Positions 19,292-28,105 of a stretch of DNA of 64,000 nucleotides are shown in pieces; position 1 is the first letter of the stretch; every line of letters begins with the position of its first letter. The DNA lies in NCBI GenBank assembly GCA_963693055.1, contig OY843751.1, positions 2,848,001 to 2,912,000 of the forward strand. The letters are read 5' to 3'. The notes beneath the pieces are model-generated. The model was given only the letters and a program-made list of their open reading frames with translations, was not told where the DNA came from and did not search any database. Both the position numbers and the translations under genes were made by a program. Source of the DNA: a bacterium (GTDB lineage: Bacteria; Zhuqueibacterota; Zhuqueibacteria; Residuimicrobiales; Krinioviventaceae).

Positions 19292-20657
19292 ACATTGCCC
19301 CCAACATATCAATTGCTTGTTTTTCCTTGACCCGTTTTTCAATCACCTTTAATACACGGGTTAATGGTGCGTTTGACGCTTTTGTACCCAACAAGCCCCG
19401 GTTTATCAATTCATCTTTAAATTGGGTTTCATCAATAACCCCGTCAAGCATCATATTAATTAAACGGTTGTAGATTTTTTCCGCCGCTTGCGCCCGTAAA
19501 TATTCGGCCTTTGCTTTTTCGGTTTCATCCATCAGGTTTACAGGGTTCCACTCTATACCAAAATCATGGGCCGTCAAACCCTTTACAATTAAAAACTTTT
19601 CTAATATCTCATTTATAATAGGATCAAGTTTTTTTCTGTTTTCCTGAATGTTGGCAACAATCATATCATTTTGGTGTGTTGACATCCGTTCGGTAGATGT
19701 CCACTTGTACAAGCCAAACATGAACGGGGGAAATTCTGTCTTGGTAACAAGTTGCTCTAAAACGGTTCGGGTCGGAATTTCCAAATCCATTATTTGACCC
19801 TCTGCACCCAAAACCTTTACATCAACTTTTCCACCGAATGATGTACCCCCGTAAACATCTTGAACTTTGCCGGTTTTCCGGGCCGTAAAAGATTCGGTCA
19901 ATTGCGATTGAATATTGTTAGCAACTTCTAAACTATCATCTGTATCCATTCCCTCACCACCCTCAACAATTACCATAAATGTAGGGTCTCCTACTCTCCA
20001 AATAGCATTTTCTATGCTTTTAAAGATCCTTGTAAAAACTTGAGACATAAACGGTAATGAGTAAAATAAACTATAACCCTGTGGGTTACCGTCCCGGTTG
20101 TCAAACGACAAACAGAAAATATTGTCAAGTTCGGTTATAACGTTCTGGGCCACAATTCCCGGTAAATGCTGAATTAAAGAAATTTCCCCCTGTTTGCTCT
20201 TGATCTCAACATAATTAGCTTTAACGTTTTGCAGTTTATAAACATCAGTTAAAGATTCATTAAAAACCAATTCCCCGTAACCCATACCTTTTACAATAGC
20301 ACTATCTGCTAATTGGGAAACAAAAGAGTTTAACCCTTTTTGTAAATGGTTTACCTTAACCCCTGCTATAAATTTTTCCAATTCCTTTCTAGTTTGCTCG
20401 TTTTCGCAAACAGGTCTAAACCCACCAATTAGCCTAACAAGTTTAGTTGTAGCTACATCCATTAGCGGAATCGCTTCCCTTATACCATCGTATAAGTCCA
20501 TGTTTATTTTCCCAATATGGTAAGTAGAAAACAATTCAGAGAATGGTGTATCATATTCCGAACGCATACGACCCAAATACCGCCGGGCCACATTTTCATT
20601 ACTTTGTTTTGCACCTGTTATAAATTTAGGTAAAGGTATATTTATTTTCATTATCAA
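19281..20657 (-). CDS. Portal protein
   Basis: 458 aa directly after TerL; NPQGYSL motif. Confidence 0.85.
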   Translation of the reverse strand: MIMKINIPLPKFITGAKQSNENVARRYLGRMRSEYDTPFSELFSTYHIGKINMDLYDGIREAIPLMDVATTKLVRLIGGFRPVCENEQTRKELEKFIAGVKVNHLQKGLNSFVSQLADSAIVKGMGYGELVFNESLTDVYKLQNVKANYVEIKSKQGEISLIQHLPGIVAQNVITELDNIFCLSFDNRDGNPQGYSLFYSLPFMSQVFTRIFKSIENAIWRVGDPTFMVIVEGGEGMDTDDSLEVANNIQSQLTESFTARKTGKVQDVYGGTSFGGKVDVKVLGAEGQIMDLEIPTRTVLEQLVTKTEFPPFMFGLYKWTSTERMSTHQNDMIVANIQENRKKLDPIINEILEKFLIVKGLTAHDFGIEWNPVNLMDETEKAKAEYLRAQAAEKIYNRLINMMLDGVIDETQFKDELINRGLLGTKASNAPLTRVLKVIEKRVKEKQAIDMLGAMYGK

Positions 20658-20663
20658 AAGTCC

Positions 20664-22163
20664 TTATCTTGGTTTTGCAAGCTTGAATTTTGCGGCCTTA
20701 AATGACCGTTTCCCTTTGTAAAATGTTGCAAGCAGGGAATCTAATTTATCCGGGCTACGTCCTATACGATCTTTTATATTTTTTTTACTCTCTATTTTAA
20801 TATTGCCGTTACTCATTACCTCAAAGGTCGGTGCGGTCAATTCCTGTATTAATTCGTCATCCGAGGGCAAAGCTAACTTTGCATCATGTTCCGGGTTCAA
20901 TGCATCCCTTAAGCACCAATGTAGCCAAGCCCGAACATTTAAAAACTCAAGTTCCCCGGTAATATCCTTTTTATCTTTTCCACTCTCTGAATGTTTTACA
21001 CTATATACACTTTGCCTTAATTCTTTCAACCGTGAATATACCCCGGCACCCTCTCCAATTGTATCAATAAAAGCAGACCCGCCACCTTTCAACCTATTTT
21101 TTACCTTTCCTGCAACTTCCATATGTACGGTGTCTTTGCCGCCTAATGTATCTATTGTTTCAAATTTTGTAACAATATCCCCGTATCTATAACAAAACAT
21201 TGTATTGTCAGTACCCCACCCCGCCACATCTACACCCAGCGCTAAAGGGTCTGGAAATTTATCAGTAACCCCGGAACGTTCCCACTCTCTCCACCGATCA
21301 ACCGCTAAATCTATCCAATGCAGGGGAATGAGTTGCCCCTCGGCTTCTTTGGGGAATTCACCTAAAACCTTGACCCGAAACAAATCATTAGGCCGGTACC
21401 ATTTACCATCGAATTTAAAATCTAACTCTGCAAGGCTTGCGGCCTCCTCATTAACCGGACGACACCATATTTGAACCCTTTGCTTTACCCAGTTATACCC
21501 TACCTGACCCGGTAACATCTCTGTTTTTGCCCTGACATTAACCGTATTTAAACTTGATAGCTTGTGTTTAACATACAGCGGGGAACGTGTCGAGTTAAAT
21601 GCTGTGCCAGTTGTACGTATGGGGTTAAAGATCAACAATAATTTGTGGTTTTCCGCTGTAAGTAACCCCTCCATAGCGTCGAAAGATTCATCAGGCACCC
21701 CGCTTGCCTCGGTAACAACAACCATAATATTAGGGCTATGGTATCCCTGCCAGGCTTCTTTATTTTTATCCGCCGCCTTGAACCCCTCTAAATACCATTG
21801 TGGGTTGTCGTCAAATTTTATTTTGGTGTTTAAAACTTCTCCACCCAACGGAATAAGTGCATTATTGTAAACATTTGCAATTTCAGGCATCATAATTGAA
21901 TGAACCTGCCTACCTGTTGGGGCTGTAGAAATCACTTTAGACGGGCAATGCAAATACAAGAAACATAAAGACGCTACAGCCGCAATAAAATCCTTGCCCC
22001 GGCTGTTACCTGATCTCACAGAAACCCGGTAATTCTCTTGAATGTCTCGTAAAATTTTCCTTTGTTCCCGGTCAAGCCTAACACCTAAAACGTCACGGGC
22101 AAACTTATTCCAATCATTTTGAAACGATTCAATTAATAATATGTCTTGATCTGTGGGGGTCAT
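20664..22163 (-). CDS. terL: Terminase large subunit
   Basis: Walker A SGNSRGKD, Walker B VVVTEASG, nuclease LGVDVAG...D and RSPDKLD. Confidence 0.93.
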   Translation of the reverse strand: MTPTDQDILLIESFQNDWNKFARDVLGVRLDREQRKILRDIQENYRVSVRSGNSRGKDFIAAVASLCFLYLHCPSKVISTAPTGRQVHSIMMPEIANVYNNALIPLGGEVLNTKIKFDDNPQWYLEGFKAADKNKEAWQGYHSPNIMVVVTEASGVPDESFDAMEGLLTAENHKLLLIFNPIRTTGTAFNSTRSPLYVKHKLSSLNTVNVRAKTEMLPGQVGYNWVKQRVQIWCRPVNEEAASLAELDFKFDGKWYRPNDLFRVKVLGEFPKEAEGQLIPLHWIDLAVDRWREWERSGVTDKFPDPLALGVDVAGWGTDNTMFCYRYGDIVTKFETIDTLGGKDTVHMEVAGKVKNRLKGGGSAFIDTIGEGAGVYSRLKELRQSVYSVKHSESGKDKKDITGELEFLNVRAWLHWCLRDALNPEHDAKLALPSDDELIQELTAPTFEVMSNGNIKIESKKNIKDRIGRSPDKLDSLLATFYKGKRSFKAAKFKLAKPR

Positions 22164-22870
22164 TAAAATAGCCTTGCCTGTGTGGTTTCTTTCTCAATCC
22201 GGGTCAATGCATCCCGGTAATAGTCCGTATCAGTCTCAAAAGCTATCCAACCAAAACCATTATTCTCAAAAGCTACAACACTTGAACATGAACCCGCATG
22301 AGTATCCAGAATTTTATCCCCCGGATTTGCGTATTTATCTAATAGCCATTCATACAATTTTACAGGCTTTTGTGTGGGATGTATACGTTTTTCTTTTTTA
22401 TCTTTATTGCCGTGTTGTGGGGCGTTACGTCCCACGTATTGACCCTGCTTGAAACCGTTCCATGTATAATAACAGATTTTAGCAGGTTTATTAAATGATG
22501 TCCAAGCAAGTTCACAATCTGCATACGTATCTAAGCAATTGTTTTTATCCCACACAATAAATGATTTTGTTGGGCCTAAAAAATCAAGGAAATAATTACC
22601 ACCCCAAATAATTTGATTGTTAGAAACTCTGAAAAGTTCATCAAAATATTGTTGCTTGGGTATCTCATTATCCCATTTTTTTTGTTTATAATTAAACCTT
22701 TTTATCTTTGAACCTTTGCCTCTTGTGGGCTTGCCGTAAGAGGCTTTTATTTTTCCGGCAAAATCAATCCCGTATTGCGGATCTACAATAGCCAATTCAA
22801 AATATTTATTCGGGAATTGTTTCATCCCATCTATACAGTCCATATTATACAATGTGTTTAATTCAAGCAC
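22163..22870 (-). CDS. N6A/N4C DNA methyltransferase, beta class
   Basis: DPQY motif IV, HPTQKP, motif I ILDTHAGS. Confidence 0.9.
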   Translation of the reverse strand: MLELNTLYNMDCIDGMKQFPNKYFELAIVDPQYGIDFAGKIKASYGKPTRGKGSKIKRFNYKQKKWDNEIPKQQYFDELFRVSNNQIIWGGNYFLDFLGPTKSFIVWDKNNCLDTYADCELAWTSFNKPAKICYYTWNGFKQGQYVGRNAPQHGNKDKKEKRIHPTQKPVKLYEWLLDKYANPGDKILDTHAGSCSSVVAFENNGFGWIAFETDTDYYRDALTRIEKETTQARLF

Positions 22871-23139
22871 TTGTTTAATTTCCTTTGCTCTTGTCTGTGT
22901 TTTCTATCATAACCTAAATGGCACCTTTGGCATAATGCCCGTAACCGTTCATCCTTTACCTGCCAATTTTCCGGGTCATGGTCAAGGTGTGCAATGGTCA
23001 AAATAACCCTTGACCCGGTTGCAGGATTAACGCTATAATTCTGTACCCCGCAAAATTCGCATTCATGCCCGGCCCGATTTAATACTCGTTTTCGGATTTG
23101 TTTCCAGTCAGGGGGATATTTGGAATAATCGCAAGGCAT
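22858..23139 (-). CDS. HNH endonuclease
   Basis: CEFC...LTIAHLDH...LCQRCH. Confidence 0.85.
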   Translation of the reverse strand: MPCDYSKYPPDWKQIRKRVLNRAGHECEFCGVQNYSVNPATGSRVILTIAHLDHDPENWQVKDERLRALCQRCHLGYDRKHRQEQRKLNKCLN

Positions 23140-23495
23140 TAATTTAATATTCCGTCCGGGTCAATCTTTTTTAAATAACTTTCAGGATTTTCATAACGTA
23201 TATTGCCTACTACCCTTGAGTTTTTATTCAGAATAACACGGTCTTTTGTGCAGGCAAAGCAGAGCAAGTCAGGATTCCAATATATTACCGCCTCTGCACC
23301 CGCTTCATCATGTATTATATCTCCCTCATATACCTTTGCACCATTCCTAAAAATATCACCAATTAACTGGTCACTTTTTTCAAGATTAGTAGGGCCAATA
23401 AACGCTTCTGTATCTCCCTTTATATAACCCCAATAATGGAAGTGGCTAAGTTTACCATCCACATAAACAGGTTGTCTAAACTCTAAAGGTCTCAT
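23139..23495 (-). CDS. YopX-family protein
   Basis: MRPLEFR...NGAKVYEGDII...VVGNI. Confidence 0.75.
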   Translation of the reverse strand: MRPLEFRQPVYVDGKLSHFHYWGYIKGDTEAFIGPTNLEKSDQLIGDIFRNGAKVYEGDIIHDEAGAEAVIYWNPDLLCFACTKDRVILNKNSRVVGNIRYENPESYLKKIDPDGILN

Positions 23496-23499
23496 AATT

Positions 23500-23814
23500 T
23501 CATTTCTCTCTTTCTTTTACAATCTCAACTACATCTAAATAGCAATCTGTCAATATTTTAATTTTAAAATCTTTGTTTTTCCCGGTTATCTCAATACCCT
23601 CTTTGCAATAAATTGATGGGATGTCAACATTGCAATTGTGGCAATACACAAAAGTATTATATTCCGACCAATCTAACGTCTCGTTAATTTCTCCACGCTT
23701 TACCGTATTGCAGACCGGACAATATAAACCCATTTCCCAGGGTAAGTATACCGGGCAACCTTTGGGGCGCAAGCCTACAACTTTTTCAGCTCGTTCATTC
23801 TTTGAATATCCCAC
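23500..23814 (-). CDS. Zinc-finger hypothetical protein
   Basis: CPVC...CHNC. Confidence 0.6.
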   Translation of the reverse strand: MGYSKNERAEKVVGLRPKGCPVYLPWEMGLYCPVCNTVKRGEINETLDWSEYNTFVYCHNCNVDIPSIYCKEGIEITGKNKDFKIKILTDCYLDVVEIVKEREK

Positions 23815-24095
23815 TATTTACCGGCCCTCTTTTTGAAATATCCCAAATAACAAATATACCTAACCTGAATTGATCTATCCCCGCCGATTTTTCTAACTAT
23901 TTTATGAAAATCCCTACCCGCCGCTTTAGCACAATAACGCCTTGAGCCTAAAGCAAGGCTTTTCATTGTGTAACCCACCTCAAGAAATGAACTTACATTA
24001 TTTCCCGTTTTATTGTTATGGTAATACACTTCTATTTCATACCAAAACCGCCGCCCGGTTAATCGGCTGCATAATGCAACTATACTATCAATCAT
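23814..24095 (-). CDS. Hypothetical protein
   Basis: In-operon ORF. Confidence 0.5.
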   Translation of the reverse strand: MIDSIVALCSRLTGRRFWYEIEVYYHNNKTGNNVSSFLEVGYTMKSLALGSRRYCAKAAGRDFHKIVRKIGGDRSIQVRYICYLGYFKKRAGK

Positions 24096-24221
24096 TGCGG
24101 CCCCCGTTTAATAGCATTTCTTGTCCACGCAACAACAAGCACAGTACCGGCAATTACAGCAATACAAAGCGCACCGGCAAAAACCCAAGCAACAACATAA
24201 GGAATTAAATCCCAATTCATT

Positions 24222-24446
24222 TTATACCCCCGCCGGTCTTTGTTCAAGGGTGTTTTCCCAGTTTTTAACCCGGAAACCCAAACGATTTAAAATTGTCGGC
24301 TTTTTTGCCGTGAACCAATCAGAACCAAGCCAGAAACCATTCCTTAATATTGACGGCTTGGAACAATACCAATACCAAGCCCCTGTTTTATCTTGTGCTA
24401 ACCAATTCGCATTCTTGGGGGCGTTTTTCCAACTTGGCTTTTTCAC
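24222..24446 (-). CDS. W..AP..A.W.AQD..G family phage protein, copy 1
   Basis: WKNAPKNANWLAQDKTGAWYW...WENTLEQRP. Confidence 0.7.
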   Translation of the reverse strand: MKKPSWKNAPKNANWLAQDKTGAWYWYCSKPSILRNGFWLGSDWFTAKKPTILNRLGFRVKNWENTLEQRPAGV

Positions 24447-24628
24447 TTGTCCCCCTTTGCCCTATGATGTCGACAAGTCCCGCCCTGTACCGTTGGCCGT
24501 TCTTTAACCTCACAATAACCCACGCTTGAACAAGTGGTAGGTTCGCCGTCTATTTCCGCCCGGTTATCCCAATGCTTACAGGTTATACAATTTTTGTTTC
24601 CACTCTGTTGAAATGTCCATTGACCCAT
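24443..24628 (-). CDS. Cys-rich small protein
   Basis: CITCKHW...GYC...TCRHH. Confidence 0.55.
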   Translation of the reverse strand: MGQWTFQQSGNKNCITCKHWDNRAEIDGEPTTCSSVGYCEVKERPTVQGGTCRHHRAKGDK

Positions 24629-24630
24629 TT

Positions 24631-24840
24631 TTACACCTCCGGTCTATTGATTAAAGTTTTTTGCCATCTTGGGTTTCCTCTTGATCTCTTGTAAAACTGG
24701 TACCGGCCTTTTGACCAAGTCCAGCCCAAAGAATCCGGGCTTTTTATCGCCGGTTCATATTCGTAAAAATATATTTCGCCGCTTCTATCTTGCGCCGCAT
24801 ATTTAAACAATGCGGGAACCTTGTTCCAGTCGATTTTCAT
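24631..24840 (-). CDS. Same family, copy 2
   Basis: WNKVPALFKYAAQDRSG...WQKTLINRP. Confidence 0.7.
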   Translation of the reverse strand: MKIDWNKVPALFKYAAQDRSGEIYFYEYEPAIKSPDSLGWTWSKGRYQFYKRSRGNPRWQKTLINRPEV

Positions 24841-25238
24841 TGTTTCGCCTCGTTTACACTGATTAACATTTTCGCTTTATTTTCCAACTCTACAAAATTT
24901 TCATATCTATTTCTTTTTTCATCAAATGGCATATTGTATATATTTTTTCTCGAATATTTCCCAGACCATTCAACAAAAGACTTAACCAATGCGGCACAAT
25001 CTCGGTAATATTCAACAGCCTTTTCACCTTGCGCTAATATATCTGCTGTAGGATGCAAAGCCCAACGCTTGACTAATTCAGGTTTTACAGGGCCTATAAT
25101 TGAAGCTGTAAAAAACCCACTATCAACATAAATACCTGAAAGAACCATTCCCTTTTTTGTTTCAAAAATTACCTTTTCCATATCATTTTCTGGCAAACGT
25201 TCCGTACACTCAAAAAACTCAAATAAAACAAGATTCAT
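24837..25238 (-). CDS. Hypothetical protein, DUF551-like N-terminus
   Basis: CTERLPE...VKRWALHP. Confidence 0.5.
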   Translation of the reverse strand: MNLVLFEFFECTERLPENDMEKVIFETKKGMVLSGIYVDSGFFTASIIGPVKPELVKRWALHPTADILAQGEKAVEYYRDCAALVKSFVEWSGKYSRKNIYNMPFDEKRNRYENFVELENKAKMLISVNEAKQ

Positions 25239-25242
25239 TTTC

Positions 25243-25620
25243 TTACACCTCCACCGGTCTTGACTCTAATGTATTTTCCCAGTCAATATTATTTACCAAA
25301 TTAGATGACGGGACACGATAAATAACCCCCTCAGATTGCCATATACCAACACCAATTAATTTCATTGGCTTTTTAGAATAAAAACACCATTCCCCTGTTT
25401 TATCTTGTGCTAACCATTTAGCCCATTCCGGGGCCGTATCCCACTTTGGTTTAATATCACATGAAATGAAAAATTCTTTATCAAAAGGAACAAAAACAGA
25501 ATTATTTTTATATGTACTCGTATAAATCCACCCGCCCGGAACACGTAAGATTCCATACGTACAAAATTCAGTCTCAAACCGTATAGATTCATGTAATTTT
25601 AATTCATGCAGTCGGTTCAT
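25243..25620 (-). CDS. Two-domain fusion: RVPGGWIY domain plus family copy 3
   Basis: N-half matches 35083..35274; C-half WDTAPEWAKWLAQDKTG...WENTLESRP. Confidence 0.7.
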   Translation of the reverse strand: MNRLHELKLHESIRFETEFCTYGILRVPGGWIYTSTYKNNSVFVPFDKEFFISCDIKPKWDTAPEWAKWLAQDKTGEWCFYSKKPMKLIGVGIWQSEGVIYRVPSSNLVNNIDWENTLESRPVEV

Positions 25621-25622
25621 GC

Positions 25623-26132
25623 TTAACCCTCTCTTTTTCTGGCCTTGCGCTTCTCGCTAGCCTTTTGCAACACTTCGGCAAAAGTTACCGTACTATCAAC
25701 CTTTAAATGTTCCGGGGCGTTCAACCCTAATAACTTGCACCGTTCCGAAATACACCATTGCACACCTGCAAGGTAGCGGGGGTCTCCGGGGATTTCCTCT
25801 AACCGTTCGCCGATCTCTTGTCTCGATCTATCAATTTCATGTACATCTTTTGAATGGGTTACCTTTTTCCCGGCCTTTGACGCTTCCCACGCTTCCCAGT
25901 ATTCCCGTTCAAGTTTGTTTATACGCATGAGTTCACGGGTGCGCTGTTCATCAATATTCTTTAACCCGTCTTTTTGCCATTGCGCAATTAAAAAAGCTAT
26001 ATCACGGCTAACTGTAGCTTGAGAGATTCCCAGTTTTTGAGAGATTTCAAATTGTATATAACCCTCGTTATACATCCTTGAGACCTGTAGTCTATCCCGT
26101 TCGGCTTGCGCTTTTGTTCTCGGTTTTCCCAT
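25623..26132 (-). CDS. terS: Terminase small subunit (N-terminal HTH)
   Basis: QFEISQKLGISQATVSRD HTH and ERCKLLGLNAP motif; first gene of the packaging region. Confidence 0.7.
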   Translation of the reverse strand: MGKPRTKAQAERDRLQVSRMYNEGYIQFEISQKLGISQATVSRDIAFLIAQWQKDGLKNIDEQRTRELMRINKLEREYWEAWEASKAGKKVTHSKDVHEIDRSRQEIGERLEEIPGDPRYLAGVQWCISERCKLLGLNAPEHLKVDSTVTFAEVLQKASEKRKARKREG

Positions 26133-26184
26133 GTATCACCTTAATTATTACGTTTATACACTATTGCATACACTCTTGGATATT

Positions 26185-26720
26185 AAAAAACCGGCCCGTT
26201 TCACCTTGTCCCCGGCCAAAGGTACAAGGCATTAATAGGCCGGTTTATATTTTAAAGGGCTTGACTGTCTAAAAATTACACAATAACCAAAGGAGTTATT
26301 TTATTTTACCAAGCCCTTTTATTTACACTATGCGGGGCCATTAATGAACAAAGTACAGATGTTCGACCCCGCCTATTTTATGGGGTTTGAAGCAGGCCCA
26401 GGGTGCGACCCTGATAATCCGGGGCAATGTAACCCGGAAAGGGCTTCAAACCGCCTGCCTAGTTCGCCGGTCTATTCCCGGCTGTCAACTCTGTTGTGGA
26501 ATCTGTCGTCACGTTAGCCCTAAAAGATTTAATAGGGTCGAAACCAAAGCGGTATCCTTGTTGTACTTTTTGCAGTTTTTCCAACTACTTTCCCGCTAAT
26601 CAACCGGCATCCCCGTTGGTCAGGTCTGCAAACCCTTGCAACAGTTAAGGTATCGGCTCCACAACTTACAGACTGCATCAATACCGGGAATCGAACCCGG
26701 TCAAGTACCATAATTGACGT
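26185..26720 (-). ncRNA. Candidate large structured RNA with two tRNA-like elements
   Basis: About ten inverted repeats tile the intergenic region; perfect T-arm CCGGG-TTCGATT-CCCGG at 26700-26684; ends in a hairpin plus U6. Confidence 0.6.
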
Positions 26721-26727
26721 TACAACT

Positions 26728-27000
26728 TTACATCAAAAAAGCATTTTTTTGAATTTCTCCCGCCCACTGCTTAAACGTTTTTTCTCTCAAGCTAATTGTT
26801 ACGATCATATTCATTACATCCCGCTTACTTTGCCCGACTAAAAACACTTTGCCGGGGAATCCACGTTGTACCATAACAAAAGCATTTTTCCTACTTTCAT
26901 AAAACGCTAACCTTATAACGGTTTGAAAATCAGTTGCATAATCAGTTTTTTTCATTCTCCTAATATAAGGCTTATATATTTTACGCTTTTTCATTAGCAC
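26728..27000 (-). CDS. Hypothetical protein
   Basis: In-operon ORF. Confidence 0.5.
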   Translation of the reverse strand: MLMKKRKIYKPYIRRMKKTDYATDFQTVIRLAFYESRKNAFVMVQRGFPGKVFLVGQSKRDVMNMIVTISLREKTFKQWAGEIQKNAFLM

Positions 27001-27003
27001 CCT

Positions 27004-27204
27004 TTACAATGTGAATCTTTGGTGATCCTCTGTTATTTCCTCATGGTTTACATTGAACTCAACAGCGTATAATAAAGCCCGGTCTGATAACGGTTTATCA
27101 CTCACATCACAATCCCGTATCACTGCACTTGTACCGTCCCTATAGGTAACTTGAACGGTTTTCCGTATTACCATCCGGGCTATTTCTTTGCTCGATTCTG
27201 GCAA
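27004..27204 (-). CDS. Hypothetical protein
   Basis: In-operon ORF. Confidence 0.5.
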   Translation of the reverse strand: MPESSKEIARMVIRKTVQVTYRDGTSAVIRDCDVSDKPLSDRALLYAVEFNVNHEEITEDHQRFTL

Positions 27205-27408
27205 TTACTCTACAACCTCGGTTAACAGTTTTTCATTAAACCAATCACTATCCTCTTGACCTGCAACATAATATACATTCTCCCCGTCACTATACATCAA
27301 CGAATCAATCTCACCAGTAAAACCATTTTCCGCCTTAACAGTAGTGCCTTGCTCGTATTTAAAGTGAACCGTAATTCCTTGCGACATTTTTTCACCTCTT
27401 GCTTTCAT
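27205..27408 (-). CDS. Small SH3-like hypothetical protein
   Basis: FKYEQGTTVK...GEIDS...YYV...WFNE pattern. Confidence 0.5.
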   Translation of the reverse strand: MKARGEKMSQGITVHFKYEQGTTVKAENGFTGEIDSLMYSDGENVYYVAGQEDSDWFNEKLLTEVVE

Positions 27409-27523
27409 TTTATATTTACCCGATTAATCCGGGATTCACTCAAGTTCAATCTCAAAATTAAGGGCGGGGAAATGAGGGTGTAACCCCGCCCCTGTTTGAG
27501 GGTATTGCATGGTATAGAAACAT

Positions 27524-27718
27524 TTATTTATAACGTCTGTAATAAATATCTTTAACTGTACTTGGTGCAAGTTCCTCTTGCCTTGCTACCTCCTCATAAG
27601 CTATAGGCATATAAGGGTATATTGATTGTTTTTGTAAACGCTTTGCCACATCCAAAACCGCCGCACGTATCCGGTCGTACTTAATTCGTGTTGATCTTTT
27701 TTTTGGGGCTTTAATCAA
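27524..27718 (-). CDS. Small HTH protein, candidate late regulator
   Basis: YEEVARQEELAPSTVKDIYY HTH-like; first gene after a promoter/attenuator unit. Confidence 0.55.
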   Translation of the reverse strand: MIKAPKKRSTRIKYDRIRAAVLDVAKRLQKQSIYPYMPIAYEEVARQEELAPSTVKDIYYRRYK

Positions 27719-27740
27719 TTACCAAAACCTTTCACCTATA

Positions 27741-27843
27741 AATAAAAAAACACCGGCAACACTATAATTACTTATAGTGTCCCGGTGTGTTTATAAATAT
27801 AATAAATGCACCTTTTAAAGTCAAGTTTTATTTATGTTTATTT
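27741..27843 (-). promoter_or_regulatory. Sigma70 promoter plus proximal hairpin terminator, unit A
   Basis: TTGACT(27824-27819)-N17-TATATT(27801-27796), then hairpin and U7. Confidence 0.75.
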
Positions 27844-27855
27844 AGAATAAGTATA

Positions 27856-27884
27856 AATAAAAAAGCCCCGGTATTTCCGGGGCT
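27856..27884 (-). terminator. Rho-independent terminator
   Basis: agccccgg-tattt-ccggggct plus U-run. Confidence 0.75.
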
Positions 27885-28105
27885 AGATTCGCAAGGTTTG
27901 GGTAATAGTATTAAACTTATAGCCTTTGATATGAATTATTATAAGTTTTACCTTGCTACATTTTGTGTTTTTGTGTTTTCAGCTAATTTGGGTTTAATCA
28001 TTACACATGAAAAACCTGTTTAGGTGTAGTTTACTGGATCGGGTCTCCTGTTTTAAGTTAAATGGTTTATGACCATGTTTTATATTTGCCGGGATTCCCC
28101 GGATT

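Noticed and set aside
2333-22452. Many plus-strand ORFs of 60-183 aa in the structural region
   Set aside because: Antisense shadows of well-supported minus-strand genes
26529-26711. Permuted tmRNA (T-arm first; AAACT-GCA-AAA resembles a resume site, giving AKSTTRIPLWFRPY*)
   Set aside because: No alanine acceptor identity (no G3-U70 or CCA) and the tag lacks an Ala-Ala-type end; the 60-aa ORF is also unsupported as a gene
26185-26720. Group I/II intron, hammerhead or twister ribozyme, RNase P RNA
   Set aside because: Their conserved core motifs were not found by eye; a covariance search is still needed
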